From assembly GCA_030390025.1 (NCBI GenBank), contig CM059431.1:150538001-150602000 (forward strand): a stretch of 64,000 nt of DNA, given 5' to 3'. This document shows, piece by piece, positions 1-13,282 of the stretch. The notes beneath the pieces were generated by a model. It did no database searches and was not told the origin of the DNA. It saw only the letters and a list, made by a program, of their open reading frames with translations. Made by a program: the position numbers and the translations under genes. How positions within the stretch are numbered: position 1 is the stretch's first letter; every line of letters begins with the position of its first letter. The stretch is from Squalus acanthias. Lineage: Eukaryota.

Positions 1-74
1 GACACTAATTTGTATCAAAGCGCTCTAAATGAGTATAATAAGAATGAAATTGTACGGATCGAGCTTGGAAACGA

Positions 75-700
75 TAAAGGCACAAACCACCCATTCGACC
101 TGCAAATTCCTCATCACTAACATCTGGGGACTTGTGCTAAAATTGGCTGAGCTGCCCCACTGACCAGTCCAACGGCAGCCTGACACAGTCATACTGACAG
201 AATCATATCTTTCAGCCAATGTCCCACTCTCTTCCATCTCCATCCCTGGATCTATCCTGACCCACCAGATATGGCGGTACTCCAGTTTATAGTCGGGTCG
301 GAGTGGCCCTGAGAGTCCTCATAATATATTTCGGACTCCATGAAGTTTCGTGGCAACAGGTCAAACATGGGCAAGGGAAGCTCCGACTGATAACATACGC
401 CCTCCTTAATCTGATGAAACAGTACTCCTCCTTGGAAGAAGCACTAAGGTTAGCGAGAGCGCAGAATGCAGTCTGGGTCGTGGACCTCAATGTCCATCAC
501 CAAGACTGGATCGGTAGAACCACTAAAGGACACAAATGCCAAATTGGGCGTGCAGGAGTAGGTGAGAAAACCCACACGGCGGAAATCCCAGTTGACTTCC
601 TCCTGACCAATCTAACTGATGCATCTCTGCTTGGACGAATTTGTTGGAGTGATCACTGCACAGTCCTTGTGGAGACGAGGCCCGTACTCACACCGAGGGC
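75..700 (+). mobile_element. Degenerate non-LTR retrotransposon endonuclease (APE) remnant
   Basis: Broken frames give APE-like motifs: NIWGL...QPDTVILTESYL at about 118-210, and DLNVHHQDW...SDHCTVLVET in ORF 303-716. Frameshifted. Confidence 0.65.
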
Positions 701-703
701 ACC

Positions 704-2512
704 CTACCTCCAGTAATGTTAGAATAGGTCATCACCAGTAATGTTCGTGTCGTGTCACTATCAGAAAAGTTAGACAAGAGCCACCAACAGTAATGTTAGA
801 GTAGAATTACCAACGGTGCTGTTAGAGTAGGATCATCACGGTTAATTCTAGAATAATGTCACCACCAGTAATTTAGAGTAGGATCACTTCCAGTAATGTT
901 AGAGTAGAGTCACCACCAGTAATGTTAGAGAAGAGTCGCCTCCAGCAATGTTAAAGTCGAGTCACAACCAATAATATTAGACGAGGGTCTCTACCAGTTA
1001 TATTCGAGTACAGTCGCCTCCAGTAATGTTAGAGTAGTGTCATCCCCAGTATTGTTAGTGTAGAGTCTGCACCAGCAACGTTCGAGTAGGGTCAAGAGCA
1101 ATAAGGTTGGAGTAGAGACCCAATCATTAATGTTAGACAAGTGTCATCAGCAGGAATATTAGTGTAGATTCAGCACCAGTAATGTTAGAATGGGGTCTAC
1201 ACCAGTACTGCTGGACTAGGATTACCACTAGTAATGTTCGTGTAGATTCAGCACCAGCAATAACAGAGTAGAATCACCACCAGCAATGTTCGAGTAGGGT
1301 CAACATCAGTAATGTGAGAGTAGGGTCTCCACCAGTAATGTTAAACTATGTTCATCACCAGTAATATTAGAGTGGGGTCAGGACCAGTAAGTATATTGTA
1401 GAGCCACAGGCCAGTAAAGTTAGAGAAGTGTCATCATCAGTAATGTAAGAGTGGGATCTCCAGCAGTAATGTGATAGTAGGGTCACCACCAGTTTTGTCA
1501 ATGCAGGATCACTACCAGTAATGTTAGAATAGGGTCACCACCAGTAATGTTAGAATAGGTTCACCACCAGTAATGTTTGAGTACAGTCACCACCAGTAAC
1601 GATAGATTAGATTCAGCAGAGGTAATGTTAGAATAGGTTCACCACCAGTAATGTTAGAGTAGGCTAAACTCCAGTAACGTGAGACTAACCAACAGTAATG
1701 TTCGAGTGCGGTCACAACCAATAATGTTAGGGTATTGTCAGAATCAGTAATCTTGGACTAGTGTCAACACCAGCAATGTTATTGTACAGTCACCGCAATT
1801 AACGTTAGAACAGGGTCAACACCACATATATTAGAGTAGGGTCAATACCAGCAATGTTAGAGTAGAGTCACCGTCAGTAATAATTGATTAGAGTCACCAT
1901 CAGCAATGTTAGATTTGCGTCAGTACCAGTAATGTTAGAATAGGGTCACCACCAATAATTTTAGAGTAGAGTCCCCACCAGCAATGTTAGAGTAGAGGCA
2001 CCACCAGTAATGTTAGAGTGCGGTCACCAGCAGTAATGTTACTGTAGAGTCACCACCAGTAATGTTAGAGTAGAGGCACCACCAGTAATGTTCGGTTAGA
2101 ATCCCCACCAGTAATGTTAGAGGAGGTTCTTCACAATTAATGTTAGTGTAGGGTCTCCATCAATAATGTTCGGTTCAGTCATGACCAATAATGTTAGCGT
2201 AGGTTCACCACCAGTAATTGTCGAGTTGATTCATCACCAGTAATGTTAGATTAGGGTCATCACCAGTAATCTTACTATAGGTTCCCACCAGTAATAGTGG
2301 AGTAGAGTCATCACAATTAATGATAGATGATGGCTACTACCAGTAATATTAGTGTAGGATCACCAGCAGTAATATTAGAGTAGAATCATCACCATTAATG
2401 ATAGATGATGGCCACTACCAGTAATATTAGTGTAGGATCACCACCAGTAATATTAGAGAAGGGTGACGGCCAGTAATGTTAGGACAGGATCGTCAACAGT
2501 AACGTTAAAGCG
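704..2512. repeat. Tandem array of a degenerate 26-bp unit (consensus about CACCACCAGTAATGTTAGAGTAGGGT), about 70 units
   Basis: The period can be read directly, e.g. 1999-2090. Units are adjacent with no unique spacers. Confidence 0.95.
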
Positions 2513-2699
2513 TTACTTATGGAATGGATGAGAGAATATTTCACCAAATTATGTGAGGCCCTGAGAAGCTAACACAGAGATTTGGAGAGATGTTCCCTTC
2601 AGGTTTCACATGGCGGGTGCAGAGCGCATTCCCTCTGGAATTAACTCCCTTTCATTGTTTTTAATGGACGGAGTTTCATGGACTCAGATGTACAATTTC

Positions 2700-2815
2700 C
2701 CCATTGGGCGCACTGAAGCGGAAAATCGCACCTTGTTTGTTAAGTGGCTGTAACTAAGTTCAATTATTGTGTAACCTCACTTTCTCACCAGGGCACGGAT
2801 TGTTCTATAAAGGGG
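2700..2815 (+). promoter_or_regulatory. Candidate promoter of GPCR gene 1: reverse CCAAT (ATTGG, 2704-2708) and TATAAA (2806-2811)
   Basis: TTCTATAAAGGGGGAG lies about 80 bp upstream of the ATG and is conserved in the paralog at 21755-21770. Confidence 0.6.
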
Positions 2816-2888
2816 GAGCATTTACGGATCTCAGATAAACGCCAGTCGGAACTGTAATGCAGGACAGAATTCACACAGTCTTCTGAAA

Positions 2889-2958
2889 ATGGCACGGCCA
2901 ATAATTCTACAGATAAAGGACATATACTATCATTTTCTCGCAGTCTTTGGTATTCTCG
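2889..2958 (+). CDS. GPR139-like class A GPCR, gene 1, coding exon 1 (MARPIILQIKDIYYHFLAVFGIL)
   Basis: ATG at 2889, 70 nt, donor G|GTAAGT at 2959. Splices in phase 1 to 4548. Homologous exons occur at 19180, 21841 and 61672. Confidence 0.88.
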
Positions 2959-3464
2959 GTAAGTCAATGCATCCTGTTGTTTAATAGTTGTTAACGAACT
3001 CACTGTTAATGATTATGTTACAGATTCCGTGAAGATCATTTATCTACCGGGATAATTTGGTGAATATCAGCGGGAATCCGATCAGTTTGCCCGGCCGGTT
3101 AGGCGCTACTCTGGCCGGCAGATCTTGGGCACGGGGCAGTCAACTTCCCTCTCTACACTGAGGGAGGGCGAGGCTGATTCCACGGCCCCTCCAACAGTAT
3201 ATCGTCCATTAAAGAATGTGTTGCTTAGTGTCCATAGCATTTATTTCATTTGTCCCGTGGTTCCCTGTCTATTTTATGGTGATAATTGCTCGGACTGCAG
3301 CTACCTCCACCCAACAGCTGAATGTTTTATTGAATCCATATATTTCCAATAATTGCTGCGAAATTATATTTAACCGCTGTCTGAAGTTTGGTGGAAGGGA
3401 GTCGGAATTTGAGTCCCTCTATATTGAATATTCAATGTTTCATTCCTTTTAAATCAATTTTTTA

Positions 3465-4405
3465 AGATATAAATAAATGACCTGGATATTGGAATACAGT
3501 GTAGAATTTCTAATTTTGCCGATGACACCAAACTTGGTGGTGTGGCAAACAGTAGCTGCAACAGGACATAGAAAGGCTAGCAGAATGGGCAGACAAGTGG
3601 CAGATGGAATTTAATACAGAGAAGTGTGAGGTGATGCATTTTGGCAGAAGGAACAGGGAGAGGCAATATACACTCAGTGGCACAGTTTTAAAGATTGTGC
3701 AGGGACAGAGGGACCTGGGAGTTAATGTGCATAGGTCCCTGATGGTGGCGGGACATATTGAGAGAGTGGTTAACAAAGCATATAGGATCTTAGGCTTCAT
3801 AAATAGAGGTATTGAGTACAACAGTAGAGAAGTTATGCTGAATCTTTATAAAACGCTAGTTAGGCCACAACTGGAGTATTGCGTCCAGTTCTGATCACCA
3901 CACTTTAGGAAGGATGTGAAGGCCCTTGAGAGGGTGCAGAGGAGATTTCCCAGAATGTTTCCGGGGATGGGGGTTCTTGGCTACAAGGACAGGTTGAAGA
4001 AGCTGGATTTTGTTTAATTAGAGCAAAGGAGGTTGAGCGGTGATTTGATTATGGCGGGTTTGGATAGGCTAAACGGGGAAAGTCTGTTCCCAGTAGTTGA
4101 TGGTAAAAAGACTAAGGGACACAAATTTAAGGTTTTGGGTAAGAGATACAGGGGGGTGGTGAAGAAAAACTTTTTTACGCAGTGAGTGGTGAACACCTGG
4201 AACTCACTACCGACGGAAGTGGTGGAAGCGGAGACACTCAATGTTTTCAAGGGCTCACTGGATAGGCACTTGAGGGAAATAATCTTGTAGGGCTACGGGG
4301 ATAGCGGGGGGCGGATGAGACTGACTGGAGTGCTCTACAGAGAGCCGGAACGGACTCGATGGGCCGAATGCCCTCCCTCTCTGCCGTAATGTCTGTATGG
4401 CTCTT
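3465..4405 (+). mobile_element. 5'-truncated CR1 LINE (RT C-terminus and 3' tail) in the intron of gene 1
   Basis: FADDTKLGG, KCEVMHFG and LVRPQLEYCVQF motifs. The segment is absent from the paralogous introns. Confidence 0.9.
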
Positions 4406-4547
4406 TGACTCCTCAATGCTCGCCTATATGGCAAAAAAATCAATGTAGGTAACGCTAAGTAGGAACACATCTGAGCATTCCCCACAATAAGCTGTGATGT
4501 TTATCCGGGTGACCCTGTTAATAAACTCTTCTCCCTCTTCCTTACAG

Positions 4548-5422
4548 CGAACCTAGTAACAATCCTGATTCTCTCCAGAGGAAATTGCGGCCTTTCCAAA
4601 TGTATCTCGATCTACATGTTGGTCATGGCGACAGCAGATCTACTGGTCATCATCTTCCATATACTGGTGTTTCAGATTTTCTGTTACCACTTTCCGCATT
4701 CATTCCTGTACTACACTGCCGTGTGTAACTCCATTCATTACATCAATACCGTTACCCTGGATATGTCGGTGTGGTTTACAGTCTTGTTTACTTTTGACCG
4801 ATATGTAACTATATGTTGTCAGAAGTTTAAAACAAAGTATTGCACAGTGAGAACTGCGGCAACTGTTTTAACAACTGTCACTGTGCTGGTCTGTTTAGAG
4901 AATATCCCCTTTGCTTTCTCCTATCAATCTCAACGAATCATTAACAATGTTTCCTGGGGATGCCGCCCCAATGAAGCCTTTTATTCATCGCCTGCAGGCA
5001 TAGCCTATTTCCGCATTCAAAATATTTTAGTTCCATGGTTTGCTGTTGCTTTGATATTACTGTTTAATTGTTTGACAGTCAGACGCATTGTAGTCAGCAG
5101 TAGGGCCCGCAGGGGACTCCGGGGTCACTGCAGTGAGAATCAGAGCGATCCAGAGATGGAAAGCCGGAGGAAATCCATCATTTTACTCTTCACTGTATCG
5201 GGCAGTTTTATACTGTTGTGGTTGACATCTGTCGTGAGTAACTTGAAGAACAGCCTGGCCGTTTACTACAAAGGTGAATATGAAACCCCTGCATACATCC
5301 TGGCTGAAAGCGGATATATGCTCTTATATTTGAGTTCCTGTACAAACACCTGCATTTATGCAGCGACACAAACCAAATTCAGGCAAGATTTGGTGAAGAT
5401 GGTGAAATCTCCTGGACATTGA
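4548..5422 (+). CDS. GPR139-like class A GPCR, gene 1, coding exon 2 (spliced product 314 aa)
   Basis: Acceptor CTCTTCCTTACAG|CG at 4547/4548, in frame with ORF 4616-5422. Motifs: (A)NL in TM1, MATADL in TM2, FDRY in TM3, ECL2 Cys, NTCIY in TM7, and KFR helix 8. Confidence 0.9.
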
Positions 5423-6494
5423 TTCTGATATTGGTTAATAAAATGAAGAATTAAACCATAACTTCCTGTCCTAACTAGAGCTCAATTACAGCCCGTGTTC
5501 CGTTTTAGAATGGCAATCTTTCCCTTGGGACAAAAGCGGATTGTTCTTGTGAAAATGAACAGGTATCAGGAAATATTATTCCCACTTTGTGCCGTGTGTT
5601 TGATGTCTGCTGCTTTCCCCGTGTGAACATAATCGATTCCCGCTAAAACAGCGCCCTTCCCGCTCAAGATTCAAGGAGAACAGTCATGACGGAGCTTCAG
5701 CAGTGGAGTAGAACATGTGTGCGGTCAGCATTAACTACCTCACACAGCAGCTACTGGAATGAGACGCTCAGTTTAATTAACAGATAGACATTCCTTTAGT
5801 GTAGAAACAATGTGTTACAATGGTGTTTATTTGTAATTCTGTAATCTTGGTGTGAATGTTGCAGGCGCTGGACTCCCCATCAGACTCCGCCCCCCATTGT
5901 CACCTGGACCAATAGAACGGGGCCCTGTCTCCTGATCAGTGTTTAATGATGGAGACAGTAGGAACTTGACCCGTTAATGTGACATTAGACATCTTTGTTC
6001 ACAGATATTTACTGAAAATCTCAAATGTTCATCAGTTTGTTGGAATGTTATAAGAGGGGAAATGACTGTATATCCCAATTAGTCCTTCTCAGCGTTTACC
6101 CTCCAGCCGATCAAATAGTTCCAATCACTTTATCCGCCCGGTCTCAACATCAATTCAACCTATTTTTGTTCACACAATTTAGTCTCCAATTTTGACATAA
6201 TTTCTGCCTCTGTTACTTCCACAGCTTCACCAATCTCCATATAAAGAGGAGTCTCTGGCCACCCGTTCTAAATCTCTTCAATCCATTCCTTAATCTATAG
6301 CCGTTAGTTCCAGATCCTTCAAATAATGGCAGCAGTCTGCTTCTTTCTATTCTGTCCCGTACCTTCTTAACCTAAAGCACCTGGGCACAACTCGCCAAAA
6401 CATCTCATCCTGGTAACAATTCACAATCTAGTACAAGTCAGGTAAGTGTAGTAAAGACAGTTAATTGATTGCTTTCTCTTGGAGATGAAAGCGG

Positions 6495-9400
6495 TTTACA
6501 TAGGATATACAGCACAGAAACAGACCATTCGGCCCAACCAGTCCATGTCGGCGTTTAAGCTCCACTCGAGCCTCCTTTCATCTTTCCTGATCTAACTCTA
6601 TCAGCACAAACCTATATTCCCTTCTCCCTCCTATTCTTATCCAGCCTCCCTTCAAATGTGTCTATACTGTTTGCTGGAACCACTCCCTGTGGTAGCGAGG
6701 TTCACATCCTCACATTCTATTGGTAAGAACTTTCTTATGAATTCCGTATTTGATTTCTTGGTGACTATCTTACATTGATGGCCTTTAGTTTTGATCTTCC
6801 CCACAAGTGGAAACATTCTTTCTCTGTCTACTCTATCAAAACCTTTTCATATTTTAAACACCTCTATTAGGTCACCCCTCAGCCTTCTCTTTTCAATAGA
6901 AAAGAGACCCAGCCTGTTCATACCTTCCTGATAGGTATATCCTCGCAGTTCTTGTATCATCCTTGTAAATATTATTTGCACCCTCTCCAGTGCCATTATA
7001 TCTTTTTTATAATATGGCGACCAAAACTGTCCGCAGTTCTCCAAGGTGGTATTATTAAGGTTCGATACAAGTTTCGCATAATTCTCTACTTTTCAATTCT
7101 ATCCCTCTTGAATTAAACCCGAGTGCTTGGTTTGCTTTTTTATGTGTCGCTTGCATTTATAAACCTGCGTCGCTGGTTTTCGTGATTTGTGTATTTGTAA
7201 TTCAAGATCGCCTTGCTTTTCTCTCCCATTTAGATTCTTATTTTCCAAATAATATGAGACTTTCTTATTTTTCTTACCAAAATATAACGCCTCCCATTTA
7301 TCTGTGTTGAAATGCATTTGCCCTTTCTGCAAGTTTATTAATGACTTCTTGCTATTTGTTGCAGCCCTCCTCAGTATTGACTATCACAGCCGCTCCCTTC
7401 CCCCAATTTGGTGACATCCGCCAATTTAGAAATTGTGTTTTTGATTCCAAAGTCTAAATTGTTAACATAAATTGTGAACAAACATGGTCCCAGCACTGAT
7501 CATTGTGGGACCCCACTTTTCATATTCTGCCGCTCCGTATAGCTAACCTTTAGCCCTACTCTCTGCTTTCTGTCTTGAAGCCAGCTAGCTATCCATTCTG
7601 CTACTTGTTGCCTCACTCCGCATTCTCTGACCTTTTTCATTAGTCTGTTATGCAGTACTTTATCGAAGGCTTTTAGAAATCTCGAAAAATTATGTCTACT
7701 ACTTTACCCTTGTCAACGCTCTCTGTTACCTCTTCAAAGAATTCAATGATTGTGGTCAAACTAGACTTTCTCTTTTGAAATGCATGCTGACTAATCATTA
7801 TTATATTTTTAGCTTCCAGATGTTCTTCTATTTTTTCCTTTAGTAGGGATTCCATTATTTATCCTAACACCGATGTTAAGATGACTGCTCTATAGTCCCA
7901 TGGACATGTTCCATTTCCCTTCTTAAATATAAGTATTACTTTAGCTATCCTCGAGTACTTTTGAACAATACAGTTTCCCAACGAATTATTAAATATGTGT
8001 AATAGTGTCTATTCTGTCGCTTCCCTAGATTCCTTTAAAATGAACGAATGTAATCCGTCTGGAGCAGGGCATTTATCCTGTTTGAGTTCGATTAGTTTAT
8101 TTAATAGTTCTCCTTTTTAATTTTAAATGCGGTTATATCATTTCTAATGTCATTTTCCGATGTCACGTCTCCCTGACCGTCTCCCTGGTAAATACTGAAG
8201 TAAAGTAATTATATAATATTTCTGGCATTTCGCTATCGCTGCCATTGATTTTTTCCTGACCGTTCCTGAATGGCCGTATTCCCATCCCAAATTTCCTTTT
8301 TATTTATGTGCCTGTAGAATATTTTATTACGTTGTTTTATGTTCCTTACTAATTTAATCGCAATTCCCCTTTGCCTTCCTATTGTTTTTTTGACTTCTCT
8401 ATTATCTTCGCATTCTCCCTTGCCATGATCTCCCCTGTTGTCCATTTTCTTAGTGTATGCCTCTCCTTATCCTCAATTCTTCCCTTATGTCTTTATTCAT
8501 CCATGGCATCCCAATAGTGTTTAGTTTGTTCTTGATTTTTAGTGGAATATATTTTCCTGGTCCTGCTGAATAAAAGTTTCCCATTGTTGTTCTACATCAT
8601 TGCTTGCCAATATTGTTGTTACATTTTATGTTCCCAATTTCTATTCTCAGCCCCTCAAAATCGCATTTTCTCCAATCTATTACCCTGTTCGTCGTCATAC
8701 TTATGTTCTTCTCAATTATTACCTGAAATCGTATTACATTATGGTCACTATTACCAAGGTGCTGTCCCACTTTTACTTCTCTTATCTGCTCTGGTTCATT
8801 CCCCATTACTCGATCCAGTAGCTAATTCTCCCTTTTCGACTTGAAGGGGAATCATGCTTGAAAATTTGCTCGAATTCTTTGACGACGTAACAAAAGGGTA
8901 AATAAAGGGGAACCAGTGATGTGGTGTATTTGGACTTCCAAAAGGCATTTGATAAGGTGCCACACAAAAGATTACTGCACAAGATAAAAAATCACGGGAT
9001 TGGGGTAATATACTGGCATGGGTGGAAGATTGGCTATCTAACAGAAAACAGAGAGTTGGGATAAATGGTTCATTCTCGGGTTGGCAATCAGTAACTAGTG
9101 GTGTTCCGCAAGGGTCAGTGCTGGGACCCCAACTCTTCACAATCTATATTAACGATTTGGAGGAGGGGACCAAGTGCAATATATCCAAGTTTGCTGACGA
9201 TACAAAGATGGGAGGAAAAGCAGTGAGTGAGGAGGACATAAAAAACCTGCAAAAGGACATAGACAGGCTAAGTGAGTGGACGGAAATTTGGCAGATGGAA
9301 TATAATGTTGGAAAGTGTGAGGTTATGCACTTTGGCAGAAAAAAATCAAAGAGCAAGTTATTATCTAAATGGAAAGAAACTGCAAAGTGCTACAGTACAA

Positions 9401-11560
9401 AGGGATCTGGGGGTCCTGGTGCATGAAACACAGAAGGTTAGTATGCAGGTACAGCAGGTGATCAGGAAGGCCAATGGAATCTTGGCTTTTATTGCAAGGG
9501 GGATGGAGTATAAAAGCAGGGAAGTCTTGCTTCAGTTATGCAAGGTGCTGGTGAGGCCACACCAGGAATACTGCGTGCAGTTTTGGTTTCCATATTTAAG
9601 AAAAGATATACTTGCTCTCGAGGCAGTTGAGAGAAGGTGCACTCGGTTGATTCCGGAGATGAGGGGGTTGACTTATGAGGAAAGGTTGAGTAGGTTGGGC
9701 CTCTACTCATTGGAATTCAGAAGAATGAGAGGCGAACTTATCGAAACATATAAGATTGTGAGTGGGCTTGATCGGGTGGAGGCGGGGAGGATGTTTCAAC
9801 TGATGGGTGAGACTAGAACTAGGGGGCATAATCTTAGAATAAGGGTCTGCCGTTTCAAAACTGAGATGAGGAGAAACTTCTTCACTCAGAGGGTAGTAAA
9901 TCTATGGAAATTGCTACCTCAGAGAGCTGTGGAAGCTGCGAAATTAAATACATTTAAAACGGAGATAGACAGTTTCCCAGCTGATAAGGGAATTAAGGGT
10001 TATGGGGAGCGGGCAGGGAAGTGGACGTGAGTCTAGCTTCGGATCAGCCATGATCCTATTGAATGCGGAGCAGGCCCGAAGGGCCATATGGCCTACTCCT
10101 GCTCCTACTTCTTATGTTCTTATGTTCTTATGTTACCTATTGGGTTCGAAAGGAGTCCTTTGCACATAGTAGGAACTCCATTCCCTTATCCCCTTTACCT
10201 AGCTCTTCTGCCCAATTAATTTCGGGGCAGTTTAATCTCATGTTTCGTTTTTACTAATTTCTCTCATTTGTTTCCAAATTTCTTCCTTCATCTCTTCTTC
10301 CACCATTAGTGGTCTGTAGACTTCCTCTAGGAGTGTGATTCAACCTTCATTTTCTTTTATCTCTATGCACTTGGATTCTATTTCTGTCTTACTGATAGCT
10401 GCGTAATTTTTTCTACTGCCATTATGTTACCTATAATAAGCACAGCTACTCCATCTCCCTTTTCCCCTCTCTATCTTTTCTAAATATAACCTGCAATGTT
10501 CAATTCCAAGTCCTGATTTTTCTGTAGCCATGTCTTTGCATTCCCTACAATATCTGGTTCCTCGCAACGTATTAGTGCCTCCAGTTCCCCTGTTTTATTA
10601 CGGACATAGTGCACATTGCTGTACAGGGTGTTTAACTCATGCTTAATTGCAGTTCTTGTCACTTTATTTTTAACCATATTTTAACTCTCTAGTTCAATAA
10701 CTCTATTTATTAACTAGAGTCTATGCCCTCCCTTAGTTTATTCCTTCCTATGCTCTCCGTTCCTGTTTCGTTTATATTTAGTCTGGTTTAATTTCTTATA
10801 GATCCCTTTTTACGAATGCTTCGTGCATTCAGATAAACAGCCTTTAATTTTAACTTTTTACCATTATTCCCTGCTTTCTCCTCATTCGCTGATGCCCTAT
10901 TACCGTTAAGCTCTCTGTCCTTTCCTGTCACACTCTGCTTATCTTTACCCAAATCGATACACTGCTCAATTGCCTTGACTTTTAGTTTAAATCCCCATTA
11001 ACAGTCCGTGTTATTCGATTCACCAGGATACAGGTCCCAGCCCGGTTTAAGTGGAGCCCCTCCCAATGGAACAGCTCACTCTTTTCCCAGAACTACATTC
11101 ATTTTCACTCCCCCCACTCGAATGGCCTCCTACACCACGCTACCGTGGTCAGTTTGCTCATCCATACTGCAGACTTCGCCCTCATCCACACAGGCAGCAA
11201 GAACCTCATACCTGCTGAATACGTACTAAGCCGAGGCTCCTCCAGCACTGCACCTGGGGTCCCCTTACCTGCCTGAGTCACAGTCACACCCTCCTCTCCC
11301 TGACCACTAGCCAGGCCTGTGGCACTACCTAACCTAAGGGGTGTGACTGACTCCAGGTTCAAAGTTACCAGGTAACTCCCCCCCCGCCCTGATGCCTCGC
11401 ACTGTCTGCACCTCGGTCTCCTGTTGAACAACTCCGTGCTAAAGTTCCTCGAGGTGCAGGCACTAACTGCAGACATGGTCGTCAGGGATCGCGATGCTCG
11501 TCACAAACATTCCACTTGATGCTGTCACGGCACACAACCTGCACTTCCCTCACTATACAT
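6495..11560 (-). mobile_element. Older, nearly full-length degenerate CR1 LINE (ORF1 remnant, EN, RT, tail), interrupted at 8840-10133
   Basis: ORF1-like VTPLR...GQGEEGVT (11105-11476). EN fragments at 10480-10677 and 8597-8806. RT fragments at 6847-7855. Tail near 6500. Confidence 0.85.
8840..10133 (+). mobile_element. Younger 5'-truncated CR1 LINE nested in the opposite orientation
   Basis: [10 protein letters not shown] and FADDTK RT motifs in ORFs 9022-9426 and 9272-10030. Ends in a (TTCTTATG)n tail. Confidence 0.92.
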
Positions 11561-12949
11561 CCTCGTTTTAGTTATTTAATTCGGAATGGCTTGTATCGGA
11601 TGCCTCCATCTGCCTGATCTTGGGTTATCGCTGTGTATGCTGAAGTGTGGTGTTGCTCGTGAATGCGATACCAGCATGCGATGTGCATGATGAAGATGCC
11701 CTGAAGAATGGGTCCAAGACATGGTCAGTCACGCTGAAGTCAGCACTACAAGAAATGGTTAATGTAGCTCTGGATAAAGTAATGTGTAAAGCAAATGGGT
11801 AGAGATCTGCAGAAGAGAATAGATCGAGATAGATATATGATGCTGATGAGATTTAGTTTTTGTGTTGGCCTTAAGTAATCTAACGCCAACATTCGGGTAT
11901 TGTAAGGAAAGAGTTAATTAGACTGTCCTAAAGTTTGCTAATGTTATGCTATATTGGTTTATCTTTCTATAGCGTTAATGTATAATATTTTGCGTTTGCC
12001 TGTTAAGCAGGGATGTACAAGTCTACTTAAAGTAACAGTGGACTGATGTGCCAGGGCCGTTCATGCAGCAATGGTCAGTCTCAGGAGGAAGCAATAAGAG
12101 ATTTATACAACACATGTCATTGCAAACTGATTCATACATTTCAGAGAACTTTAATCATTTGCTACAATGTGGGAAGATAGTTAGTTCCAGAACGGAAACA
12201 TCGGGGCTAGCATCATCATTTTAATTGGTACGAATGATACAGAAATAAAAGTAGATTTATAATTAATGGTTTCACTTGGTAGAATTGAAATGCTGTGGAT
12301 CAAGAGTGTAACTATTGATAAGATAATGACTCGAATGGAATTACGCTTGTAAGCCCACCAGAAAAAGAGATTGTTTCGGAAGGAAAACTATCCTTATTGA
12401 TCAACGATAAGTCGAGGGCGCTGATGGGGTGCGAAACAACTAGTGCCCGGGCGCGCCGCTTTTTTTGCGCCGCTCGCGAAATTGATCGTGACCTCAATCG
12501 ATCGTGCAAGGCCCCGGTAGTGTCCCGGACCGGAGATTGAATGGTGCCCCCTGCCTTACCTCCTGCCGCTAGAAGCGACATGTTGAGGGGAGCGTTTTGC
12601 AGTCTGGAAGGGACTGGGGAGCGCTATTTACAGGCGATCGCTTCCTGCCTTATTTTTATCTGCGACATTTTTGCACCACGCATTCTGCGAGAGAGGGAGA
12701 GACTTCTGGAGAGATTCAACGCTGTGTGAACGAGTTTTGGGTCCTGAGCAGCAGTTTGCAGGCTGATTTTGATTTGACCTTCCTTGCATCGATTTAGAAG
12801 CGACTATGTGGGCTGCACTCTGAGCTCTTTCCCTGTGTATCCTCATTGTTCTTTCCAGCAGATTTGATGTACAGCTCTCTCCAGGGCGAGATGCAAGGCT
12901 GCAATGAGCAGGGTGTGGATGGAGAGCAAGATCGACACTCCCCTTTAGG

Positions 12950-13282
12950 AGAGGGATGGAGTCGGTGACTATAGAATGGAGTTTGTGGAGGGGACTGAAA
13001 ACAATGGCTTCGGTCTTCCCAAAATTTATTTGGGGAAAATTTCTGCTCATCCAGTACTGGATGTCGGACAAACAGTTTGACAATTTAAAGACGGATGGAG
13101 GGCTCGAGAGCAGTGGTGATGAGGTAGAGCTGGGTGTCGTCAGCGTACATGTGGAAACTGACGCCGTGCTTTCGGATGATGTCGCCAAGGGGCAGCATAT
13201 AGTGGAGAAATAGGAGGGGGTCAAGGATAGATCTTGTGGGTCCTCAGAGGTAATGATGCAGGAGTGGGAAGAGGGAATTTCG
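12950..13282 (-). mobile_element. L2-clade LINE RT fragment
   Basis: An alternative minus-strand frame reads [16 protein letters not shown], followed by LSDIQYWMSRNF..KTEAIVF. Confidence 0.8.

Noticed and set aside
704..2512. CRISPR-like appearance of the 26-bp arrays
   Set aside because: Units are contiguous and degenerate with no unique spacers, there are no cas genes, and the context is vertebrate.
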